From assembly GCA_040005235.1 (NCBI GenBank), contig JBDTZG010000055.1, forward strand, positions 1-36,235: a DNA stretch of 36,235 bases, given 5' to 3'. This stretch comes from Acidobacteriota bacterium. Lineage in GTDB: Bacteria > Acidobacteriota > Thermoanaerobaculia > Multivoradales > UBA5704. A program made the translations under genes and the position numbers. Below the pieces are notes generated by a model that saw nothing but the letters and a program-made list of their open reading frames with translations, made no database searches and was not told where the DNA came from. Shown piece after piece: positions 17,327-27,329 of the stretch (its first letter is position 1; every line of letters starts with the position of its first letter).

Positions 17327-20300
17327 TCAGAGCGCCTCCGGGCGACAAACTAGCGCGAGGGCTTCTCGCAGCTCGCGGAGCCTGGGCGGCTTGCCGAGGA
17401 CTCGATCGACATGCTCCGGAACGTCCCCCTCCGCCTGCATACGCTGCCCCCAGCCGGTCAGGAGGATGACCGGAGTCGCGGGTGATGCGACCTTGACGGC
17501 GCTCGCCACTTTGCGGCCGTCGACGTAGGGCATGCCAAGATCGGTGATCACCACCCCGAACGGTTCACCGTGCTCCTGAGCGGTCTTGAACTCATCGATC
17601 CCGGCCTGGCCCTGGTTGGCGGCGACCACGACGTGGCCGTCGTTTTCCAGGATGTCGCGGAGCGATTTGAGCAGTAGGGGGTCGTCGTCGACGATGAGGA
17701 TGCGCAGGCGGGGCAGCGGCGTCGAAGGCACAGGGGCACCGGGTCCGCCAAGGAGCGGCACGGCCTTGGCGACCTCGAAAGTCAGCCGGACCGTCGTTCC
17801 GACTCCGACCGTGCTCTCGATTCCGAGGTCTACGCCATGCCGCTTCGCAACGCCATAGACCATGGCGAGGCCCAATCCGGTGCCGCGCTCTCCCTTGGTG
17901 GTGAAGAACGGCTCCATGCATTTTCGCAGCGTCTCCTCCGCCATGCCGACGCCGGTATCCGCCACTTCCACGAACACCTGCTCTCCTTCCGAGCCGGTTC
18001 GCAGCGTCAGGGTCCCGCCTTCGGGCATCGAATCGACGGCGTTGAACACGAGGTTGATGAGGGCCTCACGGATCTCGCTTTCGACCCCCATGACCTCCGG
18101 AAGGTCTGCCTTAAGGTCGGTCGCGAGGTTGACGACGACCCCCCGCTGTAGCGGCATGTCGCTCCAGCGAGCGCGGGAGAGGTCGGTGACTTGCCGGACG
18201 AGACGGCTCAGGTTGAGCGGTTCCAAGTCGAGCTGAACCTCGCGCTGGCGGTAGAACTCACGCATCCGGCCGACGGTCTGACCGACGTCGTTGATGGCAT
18301 GTTGAATCGTCTCCAAGAAACCGCGTGCTCGCTCGCTCAGATTCGGCTCCCCTTCGAGGAGCAAATCCGTGTAGAGAACGATGGGCGAGATCGCGTTGTT
18401 GATGTCGTGGGCGATGCCGCTCGCCATCTGGCCGAGCGCCCGCAAGCGCTCTTGCTGCATCACCCCCTCTTGCGACTGCTGCAGGTCGGCGTAGGCCTGC
18501 TGGAGCGCGCCGTAGAGCTGCGCTTGATGGGCCGCCAACGCCACGTGCTGGCTGAGCTGCTTCAAGAACTCACACTCGCCGCTGTCGAAGGCGTGGGCGG
18601 CGAGCCGCGCCGCGACGAAGACGCCGAAGACCTGGCTCTCGGCGGCAAGCGGCGCGAACACCAGAGAGCGAAGCCCACCGGCCGCGAGCAGCTGCGAAAA
18701 CGGAAACGGCACCTCGGCGATGTCCGGCTCGTAGACGAGCTCGCCGGCAATGCAGCGCGACAGGCCGTTGGCGTCGATGGCGACGCGGGTCTTCTCGGGA
18801 AGAGCCAGGCTCCCGGCGAGCGTTTCGCTCCCGACGCCGACCGCAGCGACGGTGAGAGCTCGGTCCGCGGGGTCGTGAAGGAAAAGGCAGCAAAAGTCGA
18901 CCGGCAGGTTGTCCTCGACGCTTCGGATTACGACCTGGAAGATGCTCTGCAAGTCCAAGCGCTCCGAAATGGCGCGCGTGATGTGGTTCAGGAGGTTCAG
19001 CCGCTCAAGCTGGGAGCCGAGCTTCAACTGGGCTCGTTTCCTCTCGACCACTTCGATTTCCAATTCCTTCGTGGTCTCGACCAGCTCGGCCGTGCGTGTC
19101 GAGACGCGACGCTCGAGCTCGTCGCGCGCTTGCCTCAAGTCTCGGGACTGTGCCTCGATCCTCGCCGCCATGGCGTTGAAACTCGTGCCCAGGCGACCAA
19201 GCTCGTCCCCGTCACCGCCCGCGACCCGGGCACCGAGGTGGCCCTCGGCGATCACCTTCGTCGCCTCCGACAGCGAGCGGATCGGTCGCAGGATGAGAGC
19301 CCCAAGGCCGGATCCGGCGAGGAGGGCGATGAGGCCGATCACCGCGGCGAGGAGCACGTGCTCCCGCATCTGACGGTTGATCTCGGCTTGGATGGATTCC
19401 TCCGGCAACATGTAGAAGGCCGTCCAGGGAACGGTCTCGAACCGGCGGGCGACGCCGTAGTTCCACTTCTGATTGACGGGATCGAAGCCGCGAAAGACTC
19501 GGGTGTCGGGAGACGGCGAGCGGGAACGCGCGAACTGTTCGGGGAAGGCCCGGACATCCGTAAGGAGTTCCCGGGTCTTCGGTCCGAAGCGAGATTCCTC
19601 GACGAAAATCTTGGCGATCGCAGGCTCCACGGTGCCGCCCGGATGAAAAACGGAGTCGTCGCTGTACGTATGGGCGATTCGGATCCCGTGTTCGTCGAAC
19701 ATGACCGCGTAACTACCCGGCCCCGCCAGCTCGTTCGAGTTCTTCATCACATCCCACATCGCCGTGGCGCGAACCCAGATCGCCATGAGGCCTTTGACGT
19801 CCGTTCCTTCCCGAATCGGTTCCAGGTAGGCGATGGTCGGATCGCCGGCCGCACTCGCCTCGAGGTAGATTTCAGAGATGACGGCGCTACCCCTGAGGGC
19901 GTCTCGGACGAAGTAGTGGAAGGACAGGTCGCTGCCGACGAGCTCCTTCTCGGTTGCCGCGACGACCTTCCCCGAAAGGTCAAGGATCGCCAAGCCGCGA
20001 ACTCTGCTGTCGATGGCCGACCTCGCCGCGAGAGTGGCCTCAACCTCGGACACCAGTCGCTCCCGGTCGCGAGGTTCGGCTCGGCTGAGCGCCAAGACGG
20101 CGGGAAAGCGAGCGAAACTCTTCGCCGTCCGTTGGATTCCTTGGTGGAACGTATCCAGCTCGTGGACCAACTGGTCGGCCCGAGCGGCCAGGAGGTTTTC
20201 AGCGTTCGCCAGCATTCGCCGGCGAGTCTCTTGAATTTCGAGAAACGCCGAGACAGCGAGAGGAAGAAGCGACGTTATCGCCAGCAGCGCCGCGATTTTC

Positions 20301-20341
20301 GCCCGCAGCGGCCAGTTCGTGACTCTGAGAAAGTTCTTCAC
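17327..20341 (-). CDS. Hybrid sensor histidine kinase (TM-Cache-TM-HAMP-GAF-HisKA-HATPase-REC)
   Basis: Two TMs flanking a Cache-like domain, HAMP DELGRLGTSFNAM, GAF, IAHDINN, NAVDSM, FTTKGERGTGLGL, and receiver ILIVDDD…ITDLGMP. GTG start. Confidence 0.95.
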   Translation of the reverse strand: MKNFLRVTNWPLRAKIAALLAITSLLPLAVSAFLEIQETRRRMLANAENLLAARADQLVHELDTFHQGIQRTAKSFARFPAVLALSRAEPRDRERLVSEVEATLAARSAIDSRVRGLAILDLSGKVVAATEKELVGSDLSFHYFVRDALRGSAVISEIYLEASAAGDPTIAYLEPIREGTDVKGLMAIWVRATAMWDVMKNSNELAGPGSYAVMFDEHGIRIAHTYSDDSVFHPGGTVEPAIAKIFVEESRFGPKTRELLTDVRAFPEQFARSRSPSPDTRVFRGFDPVNQKWNYGVARRFETVPWTAFYMLPEESIQAEINRQMREHVLLAAVIGLIALLAGSGLGALILRPIRSLSEATKVIAEGHLGARVAGGDGDELGRLGTSFNAMAARIEAQSRDLRQARDELERRVSTRTAELVETTKELEIEVVERKRAQLKLGSQLERLNLLNHITRAISERLDLQSIFQVVIRSVEDNLPVDFCCLFLHDPADRALTVAAVGVGSETLAGSLALPEKTRVAIDANGLSRCIAGELVYEPDIAEVPFPFSQLLAAGGLRSLVFAPLAAESQVFGVFVAARLAAHAFDSGECEFLKQLSQHVALAAHQAQLYGALQQAYADLQQSQEGVMQQERLRALGQMASGIAHDINNAISPIVLYTDLLLEGEPNLSERARGFLETIQHAINDVGQTVGRMREFYRQREVQLDLEPLNLSRLVRQVTDLSRARWSDMPLQRGVVVNLATDLKADLPEVMGVESEIREALINLVFNAVDSMPEGGTLTLRTGSEGEQVFVEVADTGVGMAEETLRKCMEPFFTTKGERGTGLGLAMVYGVAKRHGVDLGIESTVGVGTTVRLTFEVAKAVPLLGGPGAPVPSTPLPRLRILIVDDDPLLLKSLRDILENDGHVVVAANQGQAGIDEFKTAQEHGEPFGVVITDLGMPYVDGRKVASAVKVASPATPVILLTGWGQRMQAEGDVPEHVDRVLGKPPRLRELREALALVCRPEAL

Positions 20342-20655
20342 TTGTCTCTCTTACACGAGCAAATCGGATGAACCAGGAGGCAACTGCCGAAGTGGGGATT
20401 TTCCGAATTGTGAACTCTCGACATTCCGTGTATAGCACGGGAATCATGATGACCGCCATCCCGACGTTCGAGATCAGGGCTCCCGTCAACCTTGGACTGA
20501 GCTGCGGACCTGTCGAGCTTGAACCGCCGCCGGGCACACTACCGCCCGAGGTGGAGCCTGACGGGGGACGGCTATACCGAAAAGGAACGGGCCTGAGGTG
20601 AGCCTGCTATGCGGAGTTCGGCGCCGAACCTTCCGTCGCGCCCCCGATTCGTCCT

Positions 20656-21726
20656 CTAGACGTTGAACCGGATGTTGGTCACGTCGCCGTCCTTCATCTC
20701 GTACTCCTTGCCTTCCAAGCGGAGCAGGCCGGCTTCTTTGCAAGCGACGAGGGTCTTCAAGCGGAGCAGGTCTTCCCAGCCGACGACCTCGGCTCGGATG
20801 AATCCGCGCTCCAGGTCGGAGTGGATGGTGCCCGCGGCCTCGCGTGCCCGGGTGCCGCGGCGGATCGTCCAGGCCCGCACCTCGTCTTCGCCGACGGTGA
20901 AGAAGGCGATCAGGCCGAGCAGGTCGAAGCTTGCGCGGGTCACCCGCGCGAGGCTCGGTTCGGAAAGATCGAGCGAGGCGAGAAAGTCCACCTGCTCCGC
21001 CGTCGGCAGGCGGGAAATCTCGTCCTCGATCGGCGCGGAGACGACCACGGCTCGCACCGCGGGGCGCAGGCGAATGCCGAGAGCGGCGGGGTCGGCGGTC
21101 GCGACGCGCGCCTCGTCGACGTTGATCACCAGGAGCATCGGCTTGGCCGACAGGAGCTGAAAGCCGCGCAAGCGCCGGTCGTCGTCCGCGTCGAGCTCGA
21201 TCTCGCGCAGCGGGATCTCTTTTTCGAGCGCGGGCATGACGATGTCGGCCAGCAGGGTTTTTTCCCGCTGCTCTTCCGGGTTCAGGCCGCGCTTGCTCGC
21301 CTTGTCGAGCCGATCGAGCCGCTTTTCGACCAGCGTGTGGTCGGCCAGGATCAGCTCCAGATCGACGATTTCGACGTCGCGGGCCGGGTCGACGCTCCCC
21401 TCGGCGTGGAGGATCTCGGCGTCCGCGAACGCGCGGACCACGTGGACCAGCGCATCCACGTTCTTGAGTTTCGCCAAGTCCAGGCTTTCCGCCGACTCGC
21501 CTTTCCGCATGCCCGGAATGTCCATGTACTGCACCGTCGCCGGCACGTAGCGCTTCGGCTTCCATAGGTCCCGCAGCTGTTCGAGCCGCCGGTCTGCCAC
21601 TTGGGCGACGCCGATGTTGGTCTCGGCCGAGGAGCTGAATTTGTCGGTCGACTGGTGCGACGCGGTGAGCGTGTTGAAAAGAGTCGTCTTACCGGCTTTG
21701 GGGAAGCCGAGGATTCCGAGTTGCAT
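20656..21726 (-). CDS. ychF: Redox-regulated Obg-family ATPase YchF
   Basis: P-loop GFPKAGKTT, DIPG, HVVRAF, and TGS C-terminus FFTVGEDEVRAWTI…GTIHSDLERGFIRAEV…RFNV. Confidence 0.96.
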   Translation of the reverse strand: MQLGILGFPKAGKTTLFNTLTASHQSTDKFSSSAETNIGVAQVADRRLEQLRDLWKPKRYVPATVQYMDIPGMRKGESAESLDLAKLKNVDALVHVVRAFADAEILHAEGSVDPARDVEIVDLELILADHTLVEKRLDRLDKASKRGLNPEEQREKTLLADIVMPALEKEIPLREIELDADDDRRLRGFQLLSAKPMLLVINVDEARVATADPAALGIRLRPAVRAVVVSAPIEDEISRLPTAEQVDFLASLDLSEPSLARVTRASFDLLGLIAFFTVGEDEVRAWTIRRGTRAREAAGTIHSDLERGFIRAEVVGWEDLLRLKTLVACKEAGLLRLEGKEYEMKDGDVTNIRFNV

Positions 21727-21807
21727 GGGTGATCTCCGGGGAGCGCGTCCAAGAGAGACGAGCAGAGCCTCAAGGAGGCCGAGGTTAGCGGGCGAAGGGG
21801 AAGCGAG

Positions 21808-22815
21808 TCAAAACGTGAGGCAGATTTTCCCGAAGTGGTCCCCGGTTGCCATCGTTTCGAGCGCGGCGCGCACTTCCGTCCAGGGGTAGGTGTCGTGGAT
21901 CACCGGGTGCAGGCCGTGCAGCTCGATCGCGCGGTTCATCCGCTCGAAGGTTTCGCGGGAGCCGACCAGAACGCCCTGGAGGCGGATCGCCTGCATGAAG
22001 ATCGAGGTGAGAGGGATCGCGGCGGCGTTACCGTCGAGAATGCCGATCAGAGCGACGGTGCCGCCGATCCGCACCGCCTTGAGCGACTGTTCGAGCGTGC
22101 CCGCGCCGCCGATCTCGACCACCAGATCGACTCCCTGGCCGTCCGCGGCGTCGCGCACCTTCGCCCCCCAGTCGGGATTCCGCCGCGAATCGACGACCTC
22201 CTCGGCCCCGAGCGCGAGCAGCCGTTCGGCCCGTTCCGCCCTGCGGGTGGTGGCGAGCACTCGTGCACCGCGCAGCTTCGCAAGCTGGAGCGCGAAGATC
22301 GCGACCCCGCCGGTTCCTTGGATCAGGACAGTATCGCCCGCACCGATTCGTCCCGAATCGAGCGCCGACCAGGCGGTGAGCGCGGCGCAGGGGAGGGTCG
22401 CGGCCTCGACATCCGAGAGGTGCGCGGGGACGCGGACTACTCCTTCCTCGGAAAACACCATCCGCTCCTGGAGGACCCCGTCGAGCGGCCCGCCCAGGGT
22501 CGACCGAACCAACTCGCGCGCGGGCTCCCCGGCGATCCAGCGCGGGTTGAGCGTGGTCGCCACCCGGTCTCCGATCGCCACCCGAGTCACCCCAGGACCC
22601 ACCGCCTCGACCATCCCCGCGCCGTCCGAGCAGGGAATCAACGGCAGCCGCTGCTTCGGGTTGTACGACCCCAGGATCATCATCAAATCCCGGTAGTTGA
22701 GCGACGCCGCGCGCATCGCGACCATCACCTGCCCGGGTCCGGCCACCGGCTCCGGTCGCTCTACGAGCGCGAGGTTGTCGAGGCCGAAGGCGCCGCGGAT
22801 CTCGATTGTCCTCAT
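21808..22815 (-). CDS. NAD(P)-dependent medium-chain dehydrogenase/reductase (Zn-ADH-like fold)
   Basis: AASLNYRD, IPCSDGAG, TLPCAALTAW, QGTGGV, HFGKI. Start MRTIEI overlaps the HIT stop (TGATG). Confidence 0.93.
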   Translation of the reverse strand: MRTIEIRGAFGLDNLALVERPEPVAGPGQVMVAMRAASLNYRDLMMILGSYNPKQRLPLIPCSDGAGMVEAVGPGVTRVAIGDRVATTLNPRWIAGEPARELVRSTLGGPLDGVLQERMVFSEEGVVRVPAHLSDVEAATLPCAALTAWSALDSGRIGAGDTVLIQGTGGVAIFALQLAKLRGARVLATTRRAERAERLLALGAEEVVDSRRNPDWGAKVRDAADGQGVDLVVEIGGAGTLEQSLKAVRIGGTVALIGILDGNAAAIPLTSIFMQAIRLQGVLVGSRETFERMNRAIELHGLHPVIHDTYPWTEVRAALETMATGDHFGKICLTF

Positions 22816-23240
22816 CAGCCCGCCAGCGCCTGCCGCATCCGCTCGGCCAGGTCGCGCCCGGCGGAGTCTCCGAGCTTGCCGGCATTCCAGTCGAGGCCGA
22901 GGCCTTGGGAGCCGAACTTCGGGATGATGTGGAAATGGACGTGCATCACCTCCTGATGGGCCTCTCGGCCGTTGTTCTGGAGGAGGTTGTAGGCGGTGGC
23001 GCCGGTCGCCCGCATCACGGCGCGGCAGATCCGCGGGAGGGCGCGGCCGAGGGCGGCGGCCGATTCGTCGGAGAGCTGGTCGAGCTGCGCCTTGCGCTCC
23101 TTTGGGATGACCAGCGTGTGCCCTTCGGAGAGTGGGCCGATATCGAGGAACGCGAAGACCTGGTCGTCCTCGTAGATCTTGTAGCTGGGGATATCGCCGG
23201 AGAGGATCTTGTCGAAGATGGTCGGTTGATGGTCGCTCAT
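22815..23240 (-). CDS. HIT (histidine triad) family protein
   Basis: TIFDKILSGDIP, AFLDIGPLSEGHTLVIPK, HVHFHIIP. Confidence 0.96.
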   Translation of the reverse strand: MSDHQPTIFDKILSGDIPSYKIYEDDQVFAFLDIGPLSEGHTLVIPKERKAQLDQLSDESAAALGRALPRICRAVMRATGATAYNLLQNNGREAHQEVMHVHFHIIPKFGSQGLGLDWNAGKLGDSAGRDLAERMRQALAG

Positions 23241-23290
23241 GGCCGAGGATTCTAGCTGCTCGCCCGGAGACAGGGGATGATGGCGCCTCC

Positions 23291-25864
23291 ATGCCCCGAT
23301 CTCTCTCGCCGTTGCCGATCGATTCCGTTCTGCCCGAGTTGATCGCGGCGCTAGGCGGTCATTCCAATGCGGTCCTGCGGGCGCCGACCGGAGCCGGCAA
23401 GACGACCCGCGTGCCCCCGGGCCTGCTCGCGGCGGGGATCACCGCATTGAGCGCCGGCCGGACGATCGTCATGACCGAGCCGCGGCGGGTGGCGGCCCGG
23501 GCGGCGGCGCGGCGGATCGCCGAGGAGCAGGGGTGGACGCTCGGACTCGAGGTGGGCTACCAGGTCCGGTTCGAGAGGAAGGCGACGCGCGAGACACGGA
23601 TTCTCGTGGTCACCGAGGGGATCCTGGTTCAGCGCCTCCAGGCCGATCCCTTTCTCGACGGCGTGGGCCTGGTGATCTTCGATGAGGTCCACGAGCGGAC
23701 GCTGGCGGCCGATCTCGCGCTTGCGATGGCCCGCCGGGTACAGCGGGAGGTGCGCCCGGATCTCGCCCTGGTCGCCATGTCGGCGACGTTCGATCCCGGT
23801 CCGCTCGCGGAGTTTCTGGGCGGCGCGCCGACGATCGACAGCCCCGGGCGCCTCCATCCGATCGAGATCCGGTATTTGGAAGGCACCGATTTACGGATCG
23901 AGCCGCGCGAGATCCCGCGCCGGGTGGCAGTCGCCGTGGGGCTGGCGCTCGCCGAAACGAGAGGCGGGGTGCTCGCGTTTCTCCCCGGCGTGGGCGAGAT
24001 CCAGCGCACAGCAGAGATCCTCGCGCCGCGTGCCGCGGAGGCGGGCTGCGCGCTCCTGCCGCTCTACGGCGATCTGCCGGCCGAGGCCCAAGATACCGCG
24101 ATCGCTCCCGGGACTCGGCGGAAAATCGTGCTCGCGACCAACGTCGCGGAAACCTCGGTGACCGTCTCGGGCGTCACCGCCGTGGTCGATTCCGGCCTCG
24201 CCCGCATTCTTCGCTACGACTTGGGCACCGGTCTCGATCGGCTGGAGCTGGCGCGCACGAGCCGCGAGTCCGCCGCCCAGCGCGCCGGCCGGGCCGGGCG
24301 CGAAGGCCCGGGAATCGCCTATCGCCTCTGGCCGGAACGCGAGCAGGCGACGCTTCCCGAGCGGGAGCGTCCCGAGATCTCTCGGGTCGATCTTGCCGGT
24401 ACCGCGCTCCAGTTGCTCGCCTGGGGCGAAACGGATCTCTCCGCCTTCGGCTGGTTCGAAGCGCCGGAACCCGCAGCTCTGGCGAGGGGTTTGGATCTGC
24501 TCGATCGGCTCGGTGCAATCGATGGCGGGAGGCTCTCCGCGCGGGGTCGGGCGATGGCGGAGCTGCCGATCCATCCCCGCCTCGCCCGACTGCTGATCGA
24601 AGGGCAAGCGCGCGGCGTCGGCCGGGAGGCGGCGCTCGTCGCGGCTCTTCTCGGCGAGCGCGATCCGTTTCGCCGCGCGGTATCTCCCGGCTCTCGGGGG
24701 CGCCGCCAGGCGGTCCACGTCTCGCGTTCCGACCTGCTCGATCGCCTCGATGCCCTGGAGGCGTTCGCGAGGAGCGGCGGGCGGGAGACCTCTTCAGCCG
24801 CCGGGGAGCTGGCCTCGGGTGCCGCGCGATTCGTGATTCAGGCGGGCGATCAGCTCGCCCGGTCGCTACCGAAGTCCAATGCCACGGCGGGCGATCGCGA
24901 CGGCGCGCTCCTGGCGGCGATCGCTTGCGCCTACCCGGATCGGATCGCCAAGCGCCGCGAGGCGGGGAGCCCGCGCGCGGTGATGGTCGGCGGGCGCGGC
25001 GTCCGCCTCGGCGAGGAAAGCTCGGTCTCGAACGCCGAGCTGTTCGCTTGCATCGATCTCGACGGCGCCGTCTCGGGTGAGGCGCGGGTCCGCATCGCCT
25101 CGGCGGTCGAGCTCGGCGATCTCCCGCGAGAACGTTTAAGCGATGAGGTCGAGGTCGCGTTCGATGCCGAGAAAGAACGGGTGATCGCTCATCGCCGCAC
25201 CCGCTTCGACAACCTGATCCTTGCCGAGCGCGAAGTCCCGCCCCCGGCCGAGGAGGCGGCCCGGGTGCTGGCCCAAGCGGCCGGCCGCGATCTGGCCCTC
25301 GCCCTGGCGCTCGACGAACCGGAGATCGCGGGTTTCCTCGCCCGCTGGCGCTGGCTGCGCGGGGTCGCCCCCGAGTTGGAACTTCCGCCGGTTGGCGAGG
25401 ATGAGATCCGCGCCCTGCTGCCCGAGATCGCCCGGGGCCGGCGTACGTTCGCCGACCTGCGAAAGGCGCCGCTGCGCGATCTGCTCTCCGGCGCCCTCAG
25501 CTACGCGCAGATTCAGGCGCTCGCCCGCGAGGCGCCCGAGCGGATCGAGGTGCCGAGCGGCAGCCTGATCCGGCTCGACTATCCGGTCGAGGGCGACGGG
25601 CCTCCCGTTCTCGCGGTGCGTATCCAGGAGCTGTTCGGGCTCGATCAAACGCCCCGCGTGGCGGCCGGCAGAGTGCCCGTCGTCCTCCACTTGCTCGCGC
25701 CGAACTATCGGCCGCAGCAGGTCACCCGCGATCTCGCGAGCTTCTGGGCCAACACCTACCCGCTGGTCAAAAAAGAGCTTCAAGGCCGCTACCCCAAGAA
25801 CGCTTGGCCGGACGATCCGCGCAAAGCGGCGCCCGAGCGGCGCCCACGACGAAAAACCGGCTAA
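23291..25864 (+). CDS. hrpB: ATP-dependent helicase HrpB
   Basis: APTGAGKTT, EPRRVAAR, DEVH, MSAT, QRAGRAGR, and HrpB C-terminus QVTRDLASFW…GRYPKNAWPDDP. Start at ATG 23291. Confidence 0.96.
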   Translation: MPRSLSPLPIDSVLPELIAALGGHSNAVLRAPTGAGKTTRVPPGLLAAGITALSAGRTIVMTEPRRVAARAAARRIAEEQGWTLGLEVGYQVRFERKATRETRILVVTEGILVQRLQADPFLDGVGLVIFDEVHERTLAADLALAMARRVQREVRPDLALVAMSATFDPGPLAEFLGGAPTIDSPGRLHPIEIRYLEGTDLRIEPREIPRRVAVAVGLALAETRGGVLAFLPGVGEIQRTAEILAPRAAEAGCALLPLYGDLPAEAQDTAIAPGTRRKIVLATNVAETSVTVSGVTAVVDSGLARILRYDLGTGLDRLELARTSRESAAQRAGRAGREGPGIAYRLWPEREQATLPERERPEISRVDLAGTALQLLAWGETDLSAFGWFEAPEPAALARGLDLLDRLGAIDGGRLSARGRAMAELPIHPRLARLLIEGQARGVGREAALVAALLGERDPFRRAVSPGSRGRRQAVHVSRSDLLDRLDALEAFARSGGRETSSAAGELASGAARFVIQAGDQLARSLPKSNATAGDRDGALLAAIACAYPDRIAKRREAGSPRAVMVGGRGVRLGEESSVSNAELFACIDLDGAVSGEARVRIASAVELGDLPRERLSDEVEVAFDAEKERVIAHRRTRFDNLILAEREVPPPAEEAARVLAQAAGRDLALALALDEPEIAGFLARWRWLRGVAPELELPPVGEDEIRALLPEIARGRRTFADLRKAPLRDLLSGALSYAQIQALAREAPERIEVPSGSLIRLDYPVEGDGPPVLAVRIQELFGLDQTPRVAAGRVPVVLHLLAPNYRPQQVTRDLASFWANTYPLVKKELQGRYPKNAWPDDPRKAAPERRPRRKTG

Positions 25865-25897
25865 CCTCTCCTCCCGAACTTCGAAGGAGGATTCTCG

Positions 25898-27223
25898 ATG
25901 CGCAGTGGTTTGTCTCTGGCGCTCGCCCTGGCGGCGGGCATGGTGTACCCCACGATCGCGATGGCGCAGACCGCCCCTCCACCTCCGCACGTGACCGTCC
26001 TCAAGGCGGCGCGGATGTTCGACGGTACGTCCGATCGCATGGTGAAGGACGGCATGGTGATCATCGAAGGATCGACGATCAAGGCGGTCGGCGCGGGCCT
26101 TGCGATGCCGGCGGGAGCCGAGGTGATCGACCTGGGCGATGCGACCCTGCTGCCCGGTTTGATCGACAGCCACACCCACCTCTCCTTCGAGTCGGGTGAC
26201 AACTGGGCGGAGGACACGATCTCAAATCTTCGCCGAACCGTGCCCGAGCAGGCGATCCGCGCGACGGCCAACGTGCGCAAGACGCTGCTCGCTGGTTTCA
26301 CCACCGTGCGCGACGTGGGCTCAGGCGAGTATGTGGACGTCGGTCTGCGCAACTCGATCGCGGCCGGCGTGATCCCGGGGCCGCGGATGCTGGTTGCCGT
26401 CCACGCGCTGGGCGCCCGCGGCGGCCACTGCGACGACGGAGGCTTTCCCTACCTGCGGTTCGGCCACGAGAGCGGCATCGAAGACGGCATCGCGGCCGGA
26501 GCGGATCAGTTTCGCGACGCGGTTCGCTTTCAGGTCAAATACGGCGCCGACGTGATCAAAGTCTGCGGCACCGGCGGCGTACTCTCCCTTACCGACGAGG
26601 TGGACACGTCCCAGGTAACCCAGGACGAGATGAACGCCATCGTCGACGAGGCGCACCGCCTGCACAAGAAGGTCGCCGTTCATGCCCATGGCGCCGACGG
26701 GGCCAAAGTCGCGATCCGCGCGGGCGCCGATTCGATCGAGCACGGTTCGTTCCTCGACGACGAGGGCCTGCGGATGATGGTGAGCCGCGGAACCTACCTC
26801 GTGCCCACGCTACTCGCGGGCGAGTACGTCGTGGGGAAAGCCGCCGAACGCCACTATCCGCCCGAGATCGAGGCGAAGGCGAAAGCGGCGGTCGCCGTCC
26901 GCGGGAAAATGTTCAAGAACGCCCTCGGCCTGGGGGTCAAGATCGCTTTCGGCACCGATTCCGCGGTTTCGCCGCATGGGGTGAATGCCCAGGAATTCAA
27001 GCTGATGGTCGATCTCGGGATGGCGCCGGCCGCGGCTCTCCGCGCGGCGACCCAAAGCGCCGCCGACCTGCTGGGACTCGGCAAGACGATCGGCACCCTC
27101 GAAGCGGGGAAGCTTGCGGACGTGATCGCCGTCTCCGGCGACCCGCTCGCCAACATCCGGACGATGGAGAAGGTTCGATTTGTGATGAAAGGCGGCCAGG
27201 TGGCGAAGAACGAGCAGCCTTGA
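25898..27223 (+). CDS. Secreted amidohydrolase family protein (metal-dependent dipeptidase-like)
   Basis: Signal peptide, PGLIDSHTH, GFTTVRDVG, HAHG, SIEHG, GTD; GGAGG SD. Confidence 0.93.
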   Translation: MRSGLSLALALAAGMVYPTIAMAQTAPPPPHVTVLKAARMFDGTSDRMVKDGMVIIEGSTIKAVGAGLAMPAGAEVIDLGDATLLPGLIDSHTHLSFESGDNWAEDTISNLRRTVPEQAIRATANVRKTLLAGFTTVRDVGSGEYVDVGLRNSIAAGVIPGPRMLVAVHALGARGGHCDDGGFPYLRFGHESGIEDGIAAGADQFRDAVRFQVKYGADVIKVCGTGGVLSLTDEVDTSQVTQDEMNAIVDEAHRLHKKVAVHAHGADGAKVAIRAGADSIEHGSFLDDEGLRMMVSRGTYLVPTLLAGEYVVGKAAERHYPPEIEAKAKAAVAVRGKMFKNALGLGVKIAFGTDSAVSPHGVNAQEFKLMVDLGMAPAAALRAATQSAADLLGLGKTIGTLEAGKLADVIAVSGDPLANIRTMEKVRFVMKGGQVAKNEQP

Positions 27224-27329
27224 CGGCGGATGCGAAGAAAGGCCGATTCGATTAGAATGCCGCTGCGCGGCAATTTTCGCCGCACCTCGACGAAGCACTC
27301 CGGGCCTCGCCCGGCGGGAGGCGGCTCGA

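Noticed and set aside
18191-20371. Long antisense ORFs (also 27420-29180, 32977-34674, 13302-14306 and others)
   Set aside because: Shadow frames of well-supported genes, as expected in high-GC DNA.
20368-20601. 77-aa ORF at the island edge, possible integrase or excisionase remnant
   Set aside because: No recognisable motif or clear SD; cannot be supported.
15943-20880. ychF repeat pair as a diversity-generating retroelement TR/VR
   Set aside because: Mismatches are mostly synonymous and not adenine-specific, and no reverse transcriptase is present.
21808-23292. 494-aa ORF as a HIT-dehydrogenase fusion
   Set aside because: The upstream part overlaps HIT in another frame; the dehydrogenase starts at 22815.
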